This document shows, in pieces, positions 8,980 through 18,202 of a DNA stretch of 64,000 nt. Made by a program: the position numbers and the translations under genes. Within the stretch, counting starts at the first letter, position 1. The number at the start of each line of letters is the position of its first letter. The notes below the pieces were generated by a model. It searched no databases and was not told the origin of the DNA. It saw nothing but the letters and a program-made list of their open reading frames with translations. This stretch comes from Candidatus Omnitrophota bacterium (GTDB lineage Bacteria > Omnitrophota > Gorgyraeia > 2-02-FULL-51-18): assembly GCA_945877765.1 (NCBI GenBank), contig CAMDWQ010000003.1, positions 52,168 through 116,167 of the forward strand, in the 5' to 3' direction.

Positions 8980-10937
8980 CGGCTTATTTTTTGCGCCGCT
9001 TCACGAAGACGTTCTGAATCCGGATAAACGGCGACCCTGGCAGGAGAAGCTAGGCTTGCTTGGATTTGTGCGCTAAGATTTTCTGCAGTGACTCGTTGAA
9101 TAAGACCCTCATTTTCCATTAAATTTAAAAAATCCACAAACTTTGGCTTCCTGCGCAAACTTTCAAATGGCTCGACCACTAGCACCTTTTTACCCGATGC
9201 CGCCGCCTCTGAAATCATCGAAATTGATTCTCCCGTGACAACCACTAAATCCGAGAGCCCTAGAACTCCAAGAACAATGCCCGCGCGATTCGCTTCATTA
9301 GCGATCACTAAAAGCGGACACAGCGGCTCTTGGGCAAACTTTTCTTTAACCGCCGCTTCAGCCCAGGCGGGAGTTCGTCTGGAAGTCGTGACTAAAATCT
9401 GGGCGCCATTCTCCTGAATGCCCAACCGCAGGCTGTCCAAAATTTTTAAAAAAATATCTTTTTCAAAAATAATTTGCGCGGTGTCACCGCCCGCCAAAAA
9501 ACCAACCACTTTTGAGCCAGGCTTCAAGCTTATCTTATTCCCCAGCGCGGCTGACCCAATCTCAAGAGCCTCTTTAGAGACCTGGGTTAATGCCGCTTGG
9601 GTTTCAAAAACATTGCTATTTTTTTTAAGCCGATCATGCTTGGGGGCAACAATTGCATGAAAGTGCCTCAACCCAAATCCTGGATCCATGACCGCCACCG
9701 ACCGAGCTGCGTTTTCTCGAGCCGCCCAAAGATTAACCCCTGCTACCGAGGAACCGGCCGAGATCACAACATCCGCATAAGTCTGCATTATCTCACGATA
9801 CGAAGCCGGTGTTAAAAACATTTTTGCCCAAAACCTAGCGAAAGGAACGCGCCCGCCAAACAGACTGTTCAGTACCCTAAAAACTTTCTGAAAAAACTCA
9901 TGATGATATTGAACCTCAATGATCTTTAAATGCGTGCGCTCGGGTCCCAAACCGTCCTCCGCGCGCTGGCGGACAATCGTCTCATAAAGCGCCAGCGATT
10001 GGTTGCGGTGCCCCGCTTTTCCGTCACTCAAGACAAGCACAAAACGGTCCGGTGTCGATTTCCACCGGCGGTGAGCCCACAACCACTGGGCGGGCTCTTT
10101 TCTAATTTTAGCTTCCAAAATTACCGCAAACTGCGTAAGAATATTTTTTTCCTTTTCCTCATTGGTCCAGTCTTCAGGGGGTGCTATTAGCGGACCCTCA
10201 ACTTCAATGCGGTGGCTATCCACCCCCTCACGAAAAATAAACGTCGGAAAAATCCGCGCCCCGGTACGCGTTGCAAACGCGGCGACTCCCTTGGGGTAGG
10301 AGGACAGGCGCCCAAAAAACGGGACAAACGTTCCCGACTTTCCGCCATCCTGGTCTCCCAAAATCCCCACAATCCGACCCGCCTTCAAAGACCTCAAAAT
10401 CTCTCGAACCGGCATCCCCTTAAAAATAATTTCACTGCCCTGGGACCGGCGCAGGTCATTGAGATAAGCGTCCGAGCGTGGATGCTTTTGCTCGCGCGCC
10501 AACGCTGTCATGGGATACCCCAACAACCCTCCAGAAATACTTAATAGTTCCCAGTTTCCAAAATGAGCGGTAAGAAATATAACCCCCCGGCCCTCTTTAA
10601 GAACGTTGTCCACCTTTTGGCTGTCAATGACACGAATATGTTTTAAAGCAAATGCTTTATCCATATCAGGGGCATGCAAGAGTTCGATCCCAGCGCGGCC
10701 AATATTCCGAAACGACTCACGCGCAATTTTTTTAAGCTCGGCAGGAGATTTCTCGCCGGCAAATACGGCGCGAAGATTCTTAAGCATTACCGGATGACGT
10801 TTGGTGCCCCAATAAGCCACGTCCCCAATAAAAGATCCTAATTTAATCGCCGCGCGGTAGGGCAATATTTTTACGAGAAATCGGGCAAAGCGGATTGCGT
10901 TTAGCATCAACGCATCTTCGAAGGAGGTCTTGGTCAT
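8976..10937 (-). CDS. Lipid A late acyltransferase (LpxL/HtrB-like) fused to an ELM1/GtrOC1-family domain
   Basis: N-half AHFGNWEL, DQD, QWLWAHRRWK; C-half VLSDGKAGHRNQS...APKHD...TTSRRTP...VTGESISMISEA. Confidence 0.85.
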   Translation of the reverse strand: MTKTSFEDALMLNAIRFARFLVKILPYRAAIKLGSFIGDVAYWGTKRHPVMLKNLRAVFAGEKSPAELKKIARESFRNIGRAGIELLHAPDMDKAFALKHIRVIDSQKVDNVLKEGRGVIFLTAHFGNWELLSISGGLLGYPMTALAREQKHPRSDAYLNDLRRSQGSEIIFKGMPVREILRSLKAGRIVGILGDQDGGKSGTFVPFFGRLSSYPKGVAAFATRTGARIFPTFIFREGVDSHRIEVEGPLIAPPEDWTNEEKEKNILTQFAVILEAKIRKEPAQWLWAHRRWKSTPDRFVLVLSDGKAGHRNQSLALYETIVRQRAEDGLGPERTHLKIIEVQYHHEFFQKVFRVLNSLFGGRVPFARFWAKMFLTPASYREIMQTYADVVISAGSSVAGVNLWAARENAARSVAVMDPGFGLRHFHAIVAPKHDRLKKNSNVFETQAALTQVSKEALEIGSAALGNKISLKPGSKVVGFLAGGDTAQIIFEKDIFLKILDSLRLGIQENGAQILVTTSRRTPAWAEAAVKEKFAQEPLCPLLVIANEANRAGIVLGVLGLSDLVVVTGESISMISEAAASGKKVLVVEPFESLRRKPKFVDFLNLMENEGLIQRVTAENLSAQIQASLASPARVAVYPDSERLREAAQKISR

Positions 10938-10950
10938 CGGAAAAATAAAA

Positions 10951-11958
10951 TCAGCTGTTCACACACCTGCGGAGAAATTCATCTTCATCGTTAAGCTGAA
11001 ATTCGATCTCCAGCACCCAGAACTGAAAACGCTTCCAGTTTGCGGGAAGCCCGCGCTCAAAGAAAGGCGCCAATCTTTCAAAATCTTTTCGGGTAGTCAC
11101 GATATCCATGGCGCCAACAGCTTCGCTTCGTTTTAAAAACTCATCAATCTCGCTTCGTGAATAATCATGATGGTCATCAAATCTACCGGCAAATACAATT
11201 TCAATTCCGATGTTTTCAACTGTCTTTTCAAAAGAATGCGGATCGGCAAGCCCCGAAAGAGAGGCCACCTTCTTTACCCGGAAGTCGTGAAATCCTACTG
11301 CTTTGTTCAACACAGGATCCCAGAAATGAAGAGGTTTGTGCACCGCTTCAAAAATGACAGCGGTTGGCTTTATTTCATGAATTTTTTGGGTAATCCAGTG
11401 AACATTTTTGGCACCGATATCGCTCTTGGTCAAAATAAAAAGATCAGCACGCGCAATGTTTTCCATCGGCTCCCTCAAAGTTCCAACGGGAATAAGCCCT
11501 CCGGGGCCAAAGGGCTCCGTTGAATTGATCGTCAGAATATCCAAATCCCGATGAAGCCGGATATGCTGAAAACCATCGTCAAGAATCAGGATTTCGGAGC
11601 CATGCTTTTCTACCGCCTCACGCGCCGTTTTAATCCGGTCGCGGCCAACAAGCAAAGGAACATGCGGTAGCTTTTTCTTCAATTCCTCCACCTCATCTTT
11701 CCCGTAGCCGCGAGTCAGAATAGCTACCTTCTTTCCGGAAGCTGAAAGATCCCCCGCTAGCTTTGCCACCAAAGGCGTTTTCCCCGTTCCTCCCCAGGTG
11801 ATGTTCCCCACACTAATCACACGAGCCTTTGATTTTTTGATAGACAAGGGGCCATTTCGATAAGATTTTTGAGATATTTCTAGCACTTTTCGGTAAATGT
11901 CGGCCAAAAGACGAGCGATTGATTTTTTCACTTCCAGATATCTCCTGTAGACTGACAA
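10951..11958 (-). CDS. lpxK: Tetraacyldisaccharide 4'-kinase
   Basis: SVGNITWGGTGKTP, LTRGYG, DDGFQH, GTLREP, FDDHH motifs. Confidence 0.95.
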   Translation of the reverse strand: MSVYRRYLEVKKSIARLLADIYRKVLEISQKSYRNGPLSIKKSKARVISVGNITWGGTGKTPLVAKLAGDLSASGKKVAILTRGYGKDEVEELKKKLPHVPLLVGRDRIKTAREAVEKHGSEILILDDGFQHIRLHRDLDILTINSTEPFGPGGLIPVGTLREPMENIARADLFILTKSDIGAKNVHWITQKIHEIKPTAVIFEAVHKPLHFWDPVLNKAVGFHDFRVKKVASLSGLADPHSFEKTVENIGIEIVFAGRFDDHHDYSRSEIDEFLKRSEAVGAMDIVTTRKDFERLAPFFERGLPANWKRFQFWVLEIEFQLNDEDEFLRRCVNS

Positions 11959-13223
11959 AAAATCTGTGTATTTCGGATCAAGGCACCGCGGTGTCCGGAC
12001 ACGAGATTTTGAGCTCTCTGTCCCATCTCGCGCGCCTGCGTCTGGTTCTGCATTAAAAAAACAAGTCTATCTTTCAAATCCCCGGCATCCTTGACGCCAA
12101 TTGCCGCCTTGCCGTTCAAAAAAAGCCGCGACATTTCAAAAAAATTATTCATGTATGGGCCGAATAAAATTGGCTTTGCATAGTAGGCCGGCTCCACTAA
12201 ATTGTGCCCCCCAACCTCCACCAAGCTCCCCCCAACAAACACCGCATCCGCCGCCTGATAAAAATAAGCCAAAAGCCCCATACGGTCCAATAGCCAAGCT
12301 TCCGGACCCCCCTCATCATAACCATTTTGTGCCCCGCTGAAAACTCTTTTTAATCGAATTCCTTTTGCCGCCGCGAGACCTTCTATTGAAGTAAGCCGAT
12401 CTAAATGCCGAGGCGCCAAAAAAAGCGTCAAATGCGGAAAAATTTCACGCAGTTGCAAATACGTGTCCATCAAAACCGCCTCTTCCCCCTCATGCGTACT
12501 GGCCCCAAGACACAAAAATTTCCCCGGCTGCGACAGCTTTTGCCGGACCGCCAATACCTCAGCGGACTCCCCTTGCGGCGGCTCCCAGTCAAATTTAAGA
12601 TTTCCTGTAATTTGCACCTTGCCAGGCTCCGCGCCCAGTTCAAGAAAGCGGTCCTGCATTCGCTCGTCCTGCGCACCAATAGCCGTCAGGCGGTTTAAAA
12701 TTGGCTTCAGAAAAAATCGAATTCGCCGGTATTTTGAAATCGCTTTGTCCGAAATGCGGCCATTTAAAATAAACAGGGGTATCTTTTTTTCCGAAAGCTC
12801 CCAAATCAAATTGGGCCAGATCTCCGTCTCCATAAAAGCCACCGCGTCCGGATGGACCGCCCGCACAAACCGCCTCACCGCAAAGCGAAAATCCACCGGA
12901 AACTGCAGCAACACATCCTGGGGATTCATCGACTTGGCCGCCACCTCATAACCGGTCACCGTTGTCGTCGTCAGAACAAACTTCACACCGGAAAATATTT
13001 CTCTCCAGTGACTGAGCACGCGTATCGCTAAAGCGACCTCCCCAACGGACACCGCATGGATCCAAATTACTTTTTTCCCTTTAAGCTTTTCCACCACCGC
13101 TTGCTCAACATGTCCCAATCGAGAACCCAAACCGCCCTTACTTTTCCCTTTGAGAATAAAAAGAGGCAAGTAGAAAAGAGAAAAGATAAAAAATAAAAAA
13201 TCATAAATAAGGCGGGTTAGCAT
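11928..13223 (-). CDS. waaA: 3-deoxy-D-manno-octulosonic acid (Kdo) transferase
   Basis: WIHAVSVGE, ETEIWPNL, GNLKFD, STHEGEE, APRH, GGHNLVEPA. Confidence 0.95.
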   Translation of the reverse strand: MLTRLIYDFLFFIFSLFYLPLFILKGKSKGGLGSRLGHVEQAVVEKLKGKKVIWIHAVSVGEVALAIRVLSHWREIFSGVKFVLTTTTVTGYEVAAKSMNPQDVLLQFPVDFRFAVRRFVRAVHPDAVAFMETEIWPNLIWELSEKKIPLFILNGRISDKAISKYRRIRFFLKPILNRLTAIGAQDERMQDRFLELGAEPGKVQITGNLKFDWEPPQGESAEVLAVRQKLSQPGKFLCLGASTHEGEEAVLMDTYLQLREIFPHLTLFLAPRHLDRLTSIEGLAAAKGIRLKRVFSGAQNGYDEGGPEAWLLDRMGLLAYFYQAADAVFVGGSLVEVGGHNLVEPAYYAKPILFGPYMNNFFEMSRLFLNGKAAIGVKDAGDLKDRLVFLMQNQTQAREMGQRAQNLVSGHRGALIRNTQIFCQSTGDIWK

Positions 13224-13226
13224 ATT

Positions 13227-13277
13227 AGATCCCTCGACTCTCCGCCAAAGATCGCTGGCGGATCGCTCGGGATGACA
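13227..13277. repeat. REP-like element, second subfamily (AGATCCCTCGACT...CGCTCGGGATGAC) with an inserted hairpin
   Basis: Matches agatccctcgactttgctcgggatga at 46448-46473, with an extra tccgcca...tggcgga stem. Confidence 0.7.
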
Positions 13278-13281
13278 CTAT

Positions 13282-13456
13282 TACACAAAGGGTTGGCTGG
13301 CAAAGCTTTTTGAGACGCGTAGATAAGGCGAGCGGCCATGGTGTCCCCGTCGTAATAGACGGGGACGAGCGAGCTCTTATCTATCGAGTTAATTTTTCCT
13401 CGGAGGGGAAAAATTAACGCCGGCTCAAATAGATTTGCCAGCCAACCCTGGTTGTA
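13282..13456 (+). repeat. ~170-bp multi-stem structured intergenic element, copy 1
   Basis: Core shared with 37002-37168 and, reversed, with 32242-32409; closed by the long stem agggttggctggcaaa / tttgccagccaaccct. Confidence 0.9.
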
Positions 13457-13469
13457 GCCCACAAGCACC

Positions 13470-14357
13470 TCAAGCTCTTGGATGCGCTTTATCATAAGCC
13501 TCTTTTAACCTCTGTGTCGACACGTGCGTATATATCTGTGTCGTCGATAAATTTTCATGCCCTAAAAGTTCCTGCACCGAGCGCAAATCCGCCCCATGAT
13601 TTAAAAGATGTGTCGCAAATGAGTGTCGTAAAGTGTGCGGTGAAATATTATCTCTTTTGCAAGTATTTTCAATGTGCTTATCCACGATACGGCAGACGCT
13701 TCGGCTGGTCAAGCGAGACCCTTCTTGATTCGGCGAATGATTTAAAAAAAGTGCTCGCGAGGATCTTTTTTTTCCTTCGTCTCGCACCTGGAGGTACTGG
13801 CGAATGCATTTGAGCGCTCGGCTGCCGATGGGGCAAAATCTTTCCTTGTTTCCCTTCCCCAGCACCCGGCAAACCCCACCTATAAAATCAACCTTCTCAA
13901 GGTCAAGTCTCACAATTTCAGAAACTCGCATCCCCGTCGAGTACAGAGTCTCAAGAATCGCTCGGTCACGGCAGCCAAAAATATCCTCTCCTGGCGAATC
14001 CAAGAGCTTTGTCATCTCATCCTCTTCGAGCACCATCGGAAGCTTTTTCTCCTGCTTAGGGTTACGCACGCTAGCAATAGGGTTCTTTGCCAGGTGGCCT
14101 TCGCGCGTCAAAAATCGGAAGTACGTCCTTAGCGCCGCCATGCGCCGTGCCACCGTACGTTTGGACAGCTCCAGCTGGCTTAACGAAGCCAAATAACGTC
14201 TTATCAGATCCTTATTGAGCTCTGTTAATGGGACTTCTCCTAAAAATTCGTAGAAATTTTTTAAGTCATGCGTATAACTTAGCGTCGTGTGCGGAGAATA
14301 ATTTTTCTCGGCTCTCAAATAGACCAAAAATCTTTCCGTGAGCTTATTGGGAAACAT
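13470..14357 (-). CDS. xerC: Tyrosine recombinase XerC/XerD
   Basis: TGMRVSE, GKGNKER, HTLRHSFATHLL, LLGH, TTQIYTH. Start reassigned to MFPNK at 14357 because the longer ORF overlaps topA. Confidence 0.9.
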   Translation of the reverse strand: MFPNKLTERFLVYLRAEKNYSPHTTLSYTHDLKNFYEFLGEVPLTELNKDLIRRYLASLSQLELSKRTVARRMAALRTYFRFLTREGHLAKNPIASVRNPKQEKKLPMVLEEDEMTKLLDSPGEDIFGCRDRAILETLYSTGMRVSEIVRLDLEKVDFIGGVCRVLGKGNKERFCPIGSRALKCIRQYLQVRDEGKKRSSRALFLNHSPNQEGSRLTSRSVCRIVDKHIENTCKRDNISPHTLRHSFATHLLNHGADLRSVQELLGHENLSTTQIYTHVSTQRLKEAYDKAHPRA

Positions 14358-14373
14358 AGGCGGTTTTAAGCCC

Positions 14374-16584
14374 TTACGCTTCTGGTTCTTGCGGTGATTC
14401 CTGGCCCTGGGCAGGCTTTGAGGCAGGGAGCCTATTGGTAATAAATGTACATGCCGGATAGGCCGTGCACCCAAAAAAAGAGCGTCCTTTTCCGGATTTA
14501 GCGCGGCGCGCGACAAGCTTTCCTGCGGTGCATTGCGGACAAGAGACATCCGTTGAAATGGATTTGGCATTTTTACATTCGGGCCAACCCGAGCAGCTCA
14601 TAAAACGTCCGCGGCGCCCCCACTTGATCACCATGGGTTTCCCGCACTGGCCGCAAACTTCATCGGTGGGCTCCGCCTCTCGCCGCACCGTTTGCATTTG
14701 GGTTTTTGCGGATTCGATTTGTCCGCTGAAAACATCGTAAAAATCCTTCACGACTTTTTTCCATCCCACAACGCCTTCTTCTACCTGGTCGAGACCTTCC
14801 TCTAGATGTGCGGTAAACTCAAAGTTGAGTACTTTCTCAAAATGTTTTACCAAAAGATCGGTTACCAGCATACCCAAATCCGTCGGTAGGAGGCTGCCGC
14901 CTTCACGTCGAATATAATCGCGGCTCGTGAGTGTCAAAATAATCGGTGCATAAGTGGATGGGCGGCCAATACCGCCCTCTTCCATCGCTTTGACCAACGA
15001 AGCATCGGTAAATCGCGGAGGCGGCTTAGTAAAATGCTGGATCGGATCAATCTTAAGCAGCTTTAAAACTTCTTTTTCCAAAAGCTCCGGCAGAGGATGA
15101 TCCTCTTCATCGGACCGGCCCGCAACGGCTAAAAATCCGGCAAACTCAACACGGCTACCCGTGGCGTGAAAAAAAAACTCACCCGCCTTGATAGTAGCCG
15201 CTTCTTGCGCGATAGAAGCGGGGGTCATTTGGCTAGCCACCGCCTGCTGCCAAATCAATGCATAAAGTTTTTGTTGGTCCGGCGTTAAATAGCTCTCAAT
15301 CTCCTGGGGCTTCCTAAAAAAAGAAGAGGGCCGAATGGCCTCATGGGCTTCCTGCGCCTGCTTTTTTGATTTGTACACATTGGGCATTGCCGGCAAATAA
15401 TCTTTTCCATAATTTTTTCCAATAAATTCACGGACTTCCTTAATCGCCTGATCCGATAGGCGAACAGAATCTGTTCGCATGTAGGTAATCAAACCAACGC
15501 TTCCCTCTTCGCCGATCTCCACACCTTCATAAAGCGTCTGGGCTACTTTCATTGTTTTTGAGGCGGGAAAGCGCAGCGCGTTATAAGCGGCCTGCTGAAG
15601 TTTGCTGGTAGTGAAGGGTGCCTGCGGATTTCTTTTTTTCTTTAACTTTTTAAGCTCTTCGACGACAAAAGATTGTGCTTTGGCCTTATCCAAGGTCTCT
15701 GCCGCCGTTTTTTGATTGGTAATCTCGGCTTTGACCTTGCCAATTTTTTCTAGTTTGGCTACAAAGGGGGTGTTGTCGCCTTTCTGCTTAGAGAGCTGGG
15801 CTTCAATCGTCCAGTATTCTTCCGGCTTAAACGCACGAACATCTCTTTCCCGATCAACAATTAGCCGCAGGGCTACTGACTGAACACGGCCCGCTGAGAG
15901 CCCGCGGCTTACTTTTTGCCACAGAAGCGGGCTTAAGTTGTAACCGACCAGACGGTCCAAAACTCGCCGCGCTTGCTGCGCATCCACAAGATTCTGGTTG
16001 ATCTCTAAAGGGTGTTTGAAGGCTTCTAGGATGGCGGTCTTAGTGATTTCATTGAATACCACACGATGCACTTCTTTGCCAGCACCCAATTGATTTTTTA
16101 AATGCCAGCTAATCGCTTCGCCTTCGCGGTCAGGATCGCAAGCCAGATAGAGTTTTAATTTTCCCTTATTTTTTTTCTTCAGGTCTGCCAGGGTTTTTTT
16201 GCGGTCCTTGGTAACAATGTACTGAGGCTCGAAATTATTTTCAATATCGATTCCCATTTTGCTTTTTGGCAGATCGACGACATGCCCCATGGAGGCGGCT
16301 ACTTCAAAGCCGGGCCCCAGATATTTCTGGATTGTTTTGCACTTGGCGGGTGATTCCACAATGACCAAAGCACCTTGCGGTTTGGCTCCGCCGCCAACAA
16401 AGTGAACGATCTCAATTTCGTCGCCTTCGTGGATCAGGGCTTGGGCAAGCCGCTCCTTAGGAATAATTTCAAAATTATGCTCAACGACGACTTTCTCCTT
16501 GGCCAGCGAAAGTTTATCCAAAAGCTGGGCGAGCGTGAGCGTCTCGTTAAAATCCTTAAGCTCACCATTTAATCGTATTTTCAT
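14374..16584 (-). CDS. topA: DNA topoisomerase I with an N-terminal in-frame ThiS (ubiquitin-like) domain
   Basis: Residues 1-66 are ThiS-like, ending HFVGGG; then LVIVESPAK, DPDREGE, SAGRVQS, ITYMRTDS, EAHEAIRP, GIGRPSTY and C-terminal Zn ribbons. Confidence 0.95.
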   Translation of the reverse strand: MKIRLNGELKDFNETLTLAQLLDKLSLAKEKVVVEHNFEIIPKERLAQALIHEGDEIEIVHFVGGGAKPQGALVIVESPAKCKTIQKYLGPGFEVAASMGHVVDLPKSKMGIDIENNFEPQYIVTKDRKKTLADLKKKNKGKLKLYLACDPDREGEAISWHLKNQLGAGKEVHRVVFNEITKTAILEAFKHPLEINQNLVDAQQARRVLDRLVGYNLSPLLWQKVSRGLSAGRVQSVALRLIVDRERDVRAFKPEEYWTIEAQLSKQKGDNTPFVAKLEKIGKVKAEITNQKTAAETLDKAKAQSFVVEELKKLKKKRNPQAPFTTSKLQQAAYNALRFPASKTMKVAQTLYEGVEIGEEGSVGLITYMRTDSVRLSDQAIKEVREFIGKNYGKDYLPAMPNVYKSKKQAQEAHEAIRPSSFFRKPQEIESYLTPDQQKLYALIWQQAVASQMTPASIAQEAATIKAGEFFFHATGSRVEFAGFLAVAGRSDEEDHPLPELLEKEVLKLLKIDPIQHFTKPPPRFTDASLVKAMEEGGIGRPSTYAPIILTLTSRDYIRREGGSLLPTDLGMLVTDLLVKHFEKVLNFEFTAHLEEGLDQVEEGVVGWKKVVKDFYDVFSGQIESAKTQMQTVRREAEPTDEVCGQCGKPMVIKWGRRGRFMSCSGWPECKNAKSISTDVSCPQCTAGKLVARRAKSGKGRSFFGCTAYPACTFITNRLPASKPAQGQESPQEPEA

Positions 16585-16590
16585 CGAATG

Positions 16591-17679
16591 TTATGCCTTT
16601 TGAAAATATTTTCCAGGCGACTCTTTGATAAGTCCCTTCATCTGCAATGCAGATAAGACGGTCACTGTTTTTTGCAAGGAAATCCCCGCGCCCTCCACGA
16701 CCTCCTCCAGCTGCACTGGGCCGGAATCCAAAAGTGAAAATAATTTTTCTTCTTCTGCCGAAAGCGCTGCTCGCTGAGAAGATTTGGCTCTCCGGGAAAC
16801 AAGAAGCCCTAAATCGGACAAAATATCCTGTGCGGACATCACAAGACACGCCCCCTGCTTTAAAAGAGAGTTGGTCCCAAATGACTTCGAAGAGTCCGCA
16901 TTGCCGGGCAACGCAAAAACCCCGCGGCCTTGCTCGAGCGCCAGATCCGCGGTGATCAAGGCCCCGCTTTTTTCCTTGGCCTCCACCACGAATACGGCGC
17001 TAGAGAGTCCGCTAATAATACGATTTCTTACTGGAAAACAACCAGGGTCCGGCGACATCTCTACTGGGTACTCCGAAACAAGTGCCCCATTTTCACAGAT
17101 TTTTTCAGCTAATCGTTTGTTTTCTTTTGGGTATAGCTTTGCAATGCCCCCACCCAACACCGCGATAGTGCATCCCTTCCCAGCAAGCGCCCCCTCATGA
17201 GCGGCCGTATCAATGCCTAACGCCAGTCCGCTGACCACAACCACCCCTGCCCCAGCCAAATCACTTGAAATCTGAGACGCCATTCGTCGGCCGTAAAGAG
17301 AAGCCACCCGAGAACCCACCACAGCCACATTCACGCTTTCGGCTGGCGGCAGAGAACCTTTAACGTAAAGCAAGATAGGAGGATCGTGAATTTCACGAAG
17401 AAGCGCCGGATATCTCTCGTCAAAAATAGGAATGATATCAATTTGATGCTTCAGCGCCTTCTCAATCTCTTCATCTGCGCGCGGGAGAAGGTCTGCTGCC
17501 TTCAAATCCTCCCATAGTACTCGAATCCCTTTTTTCTGACTCTCAAAATTATCTTTTCTAACTGAAAAAATGGATCCTTCGCCACCAAATCTGTCGGCTA
17601 GTTTTTTATAGCTCACCGGACCCATATTTTTAACGAGGCTTAGCGCTACGATCTCACGCAGTTTGTTCGTGCTTGTCAT
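16591..17679 (-). CDS. dprA: DNA processing protein A
   Basis: VAVVGSR, VSGLALGID, FPVRNRIISGLS, SGALITA; C-terminal winged helix. Confidence 0.95.
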   Translation of the reverse strand: MTSTNKLREIVALSLVKNMGPVSYKKLADRFGGEGSIFSVRKDNFESQKKGIRVLWEDLKAADLLPRADEEIEKALKHQIDIIPIFDERYPALLREIHDPPILLYVKGSLPPAESVNVAVVGSRVASLYGRRMASQISSDLAGAGVVVVSGLALGIDTAAHEGALAGKGCTIAVLGGGIAKLYPKENKRLAEKICENGALVSEYPVEMSPDPGCFPVRNRIISGLSSAVFVVEAKEKSGALITADLALEQGRGVFALPGNADSSKSFGTNSLLKQGACLVMSAQDILSDLGLLVSRRAKSSQRAALSAEEEKLFSLLDSGPVQLEEVVEGAGISLQKTVTVLSALQMKGLIKESPGKYFQKA

Positions 17680-17683
17680 TAGC

Positions 17684-18196
17684 TTATGTCCTCGAAACCA
17701 ACATTTTTTGAATCAAATCGGCGACCTGAGAGGCGCTTTTTCCATCGGTGTCAAAATAATAATCTGCCTGCTGATACAACGGTTTTCGTTTTTCCATCAA
17801 CGCCTGAATTTCAGTAAATAAATTCTCCTTGGCGCTCAAAAGGGGACGGCGTTTTGAATTTTTAACGCGTTCATAGATGGTCTCGGGCTTGGCGGCAAGC
17901 GTCACCAGGATGCCGTTGCTTTTCAACAGGGTCAAATTTTCAGGGTCCAGCACCGTACCGCCGCCGGTTGTAATCACGTGGTTGTCTGCGCCTGCCCAGA
18001 ACCTCACCGCTTCTTTTTCGATGGTCCGAAAATACGGCTCGCCTTCTTTCTCAAAAATTTCCCGTATTTTTCTTTTTTCTTTATCTTCTAGATAGGAATC
18101 AAGATCCACATACTGTCTCTTCGTGCGTCTGGCCAGAAGTCGACCCACGCTAGATTTTCCGGTTCCCATAAATCCCATCAAGACAATATTTTTCAA
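17684..18196 (-). CDS. aroK: Shikimate kinase
   Basis: GFMGTGKS, GEPYFR, TGGG, RPLL. Confidence 0.95.
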   Translation of the reverse strand: MKNIVLMGFMGTGKSSVGRLLARRTKRQYVDLDSYLEDKEKRKIREIFEKEGEPYFRTIEKEAVRFWAGADNHVITTGGGTVLDPENLTLLKSNGILVTLAAKPETIYERVKNSKRRPLLSAKENLFTEIQALMEKRKPLYQQADYYFDTDGKSASQVADLIQKMLVSRT

Positions 18197-18202
18197 ATGA
18201 AT

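Noticed and set aside
13217-13495. 92-aa ORF between xerC and waaA (also 32373-32603, 37075-37317, 23620-23805)
   Set aside because: These ORFs read through or overlap palindromic repeat elements and neighbouring genes; no protein motifs.
13470-14357. Tyrosine recombinase as a prophage/island integrase
   Set aside because: Sits in the conserved dprA-topA-xerC housekeeping context; no att sites, tRNA or phage genes nearby.
14358-14570. Apparent 71-aa N-terminal extension of XerC
   Set aside because: Overlaps the topA 3' end in another frame; MFPNK at 14357 gives a normal-length recombinase. Similar over-extended starts were trimmed for pilD, alr, metG and the antitoxin.
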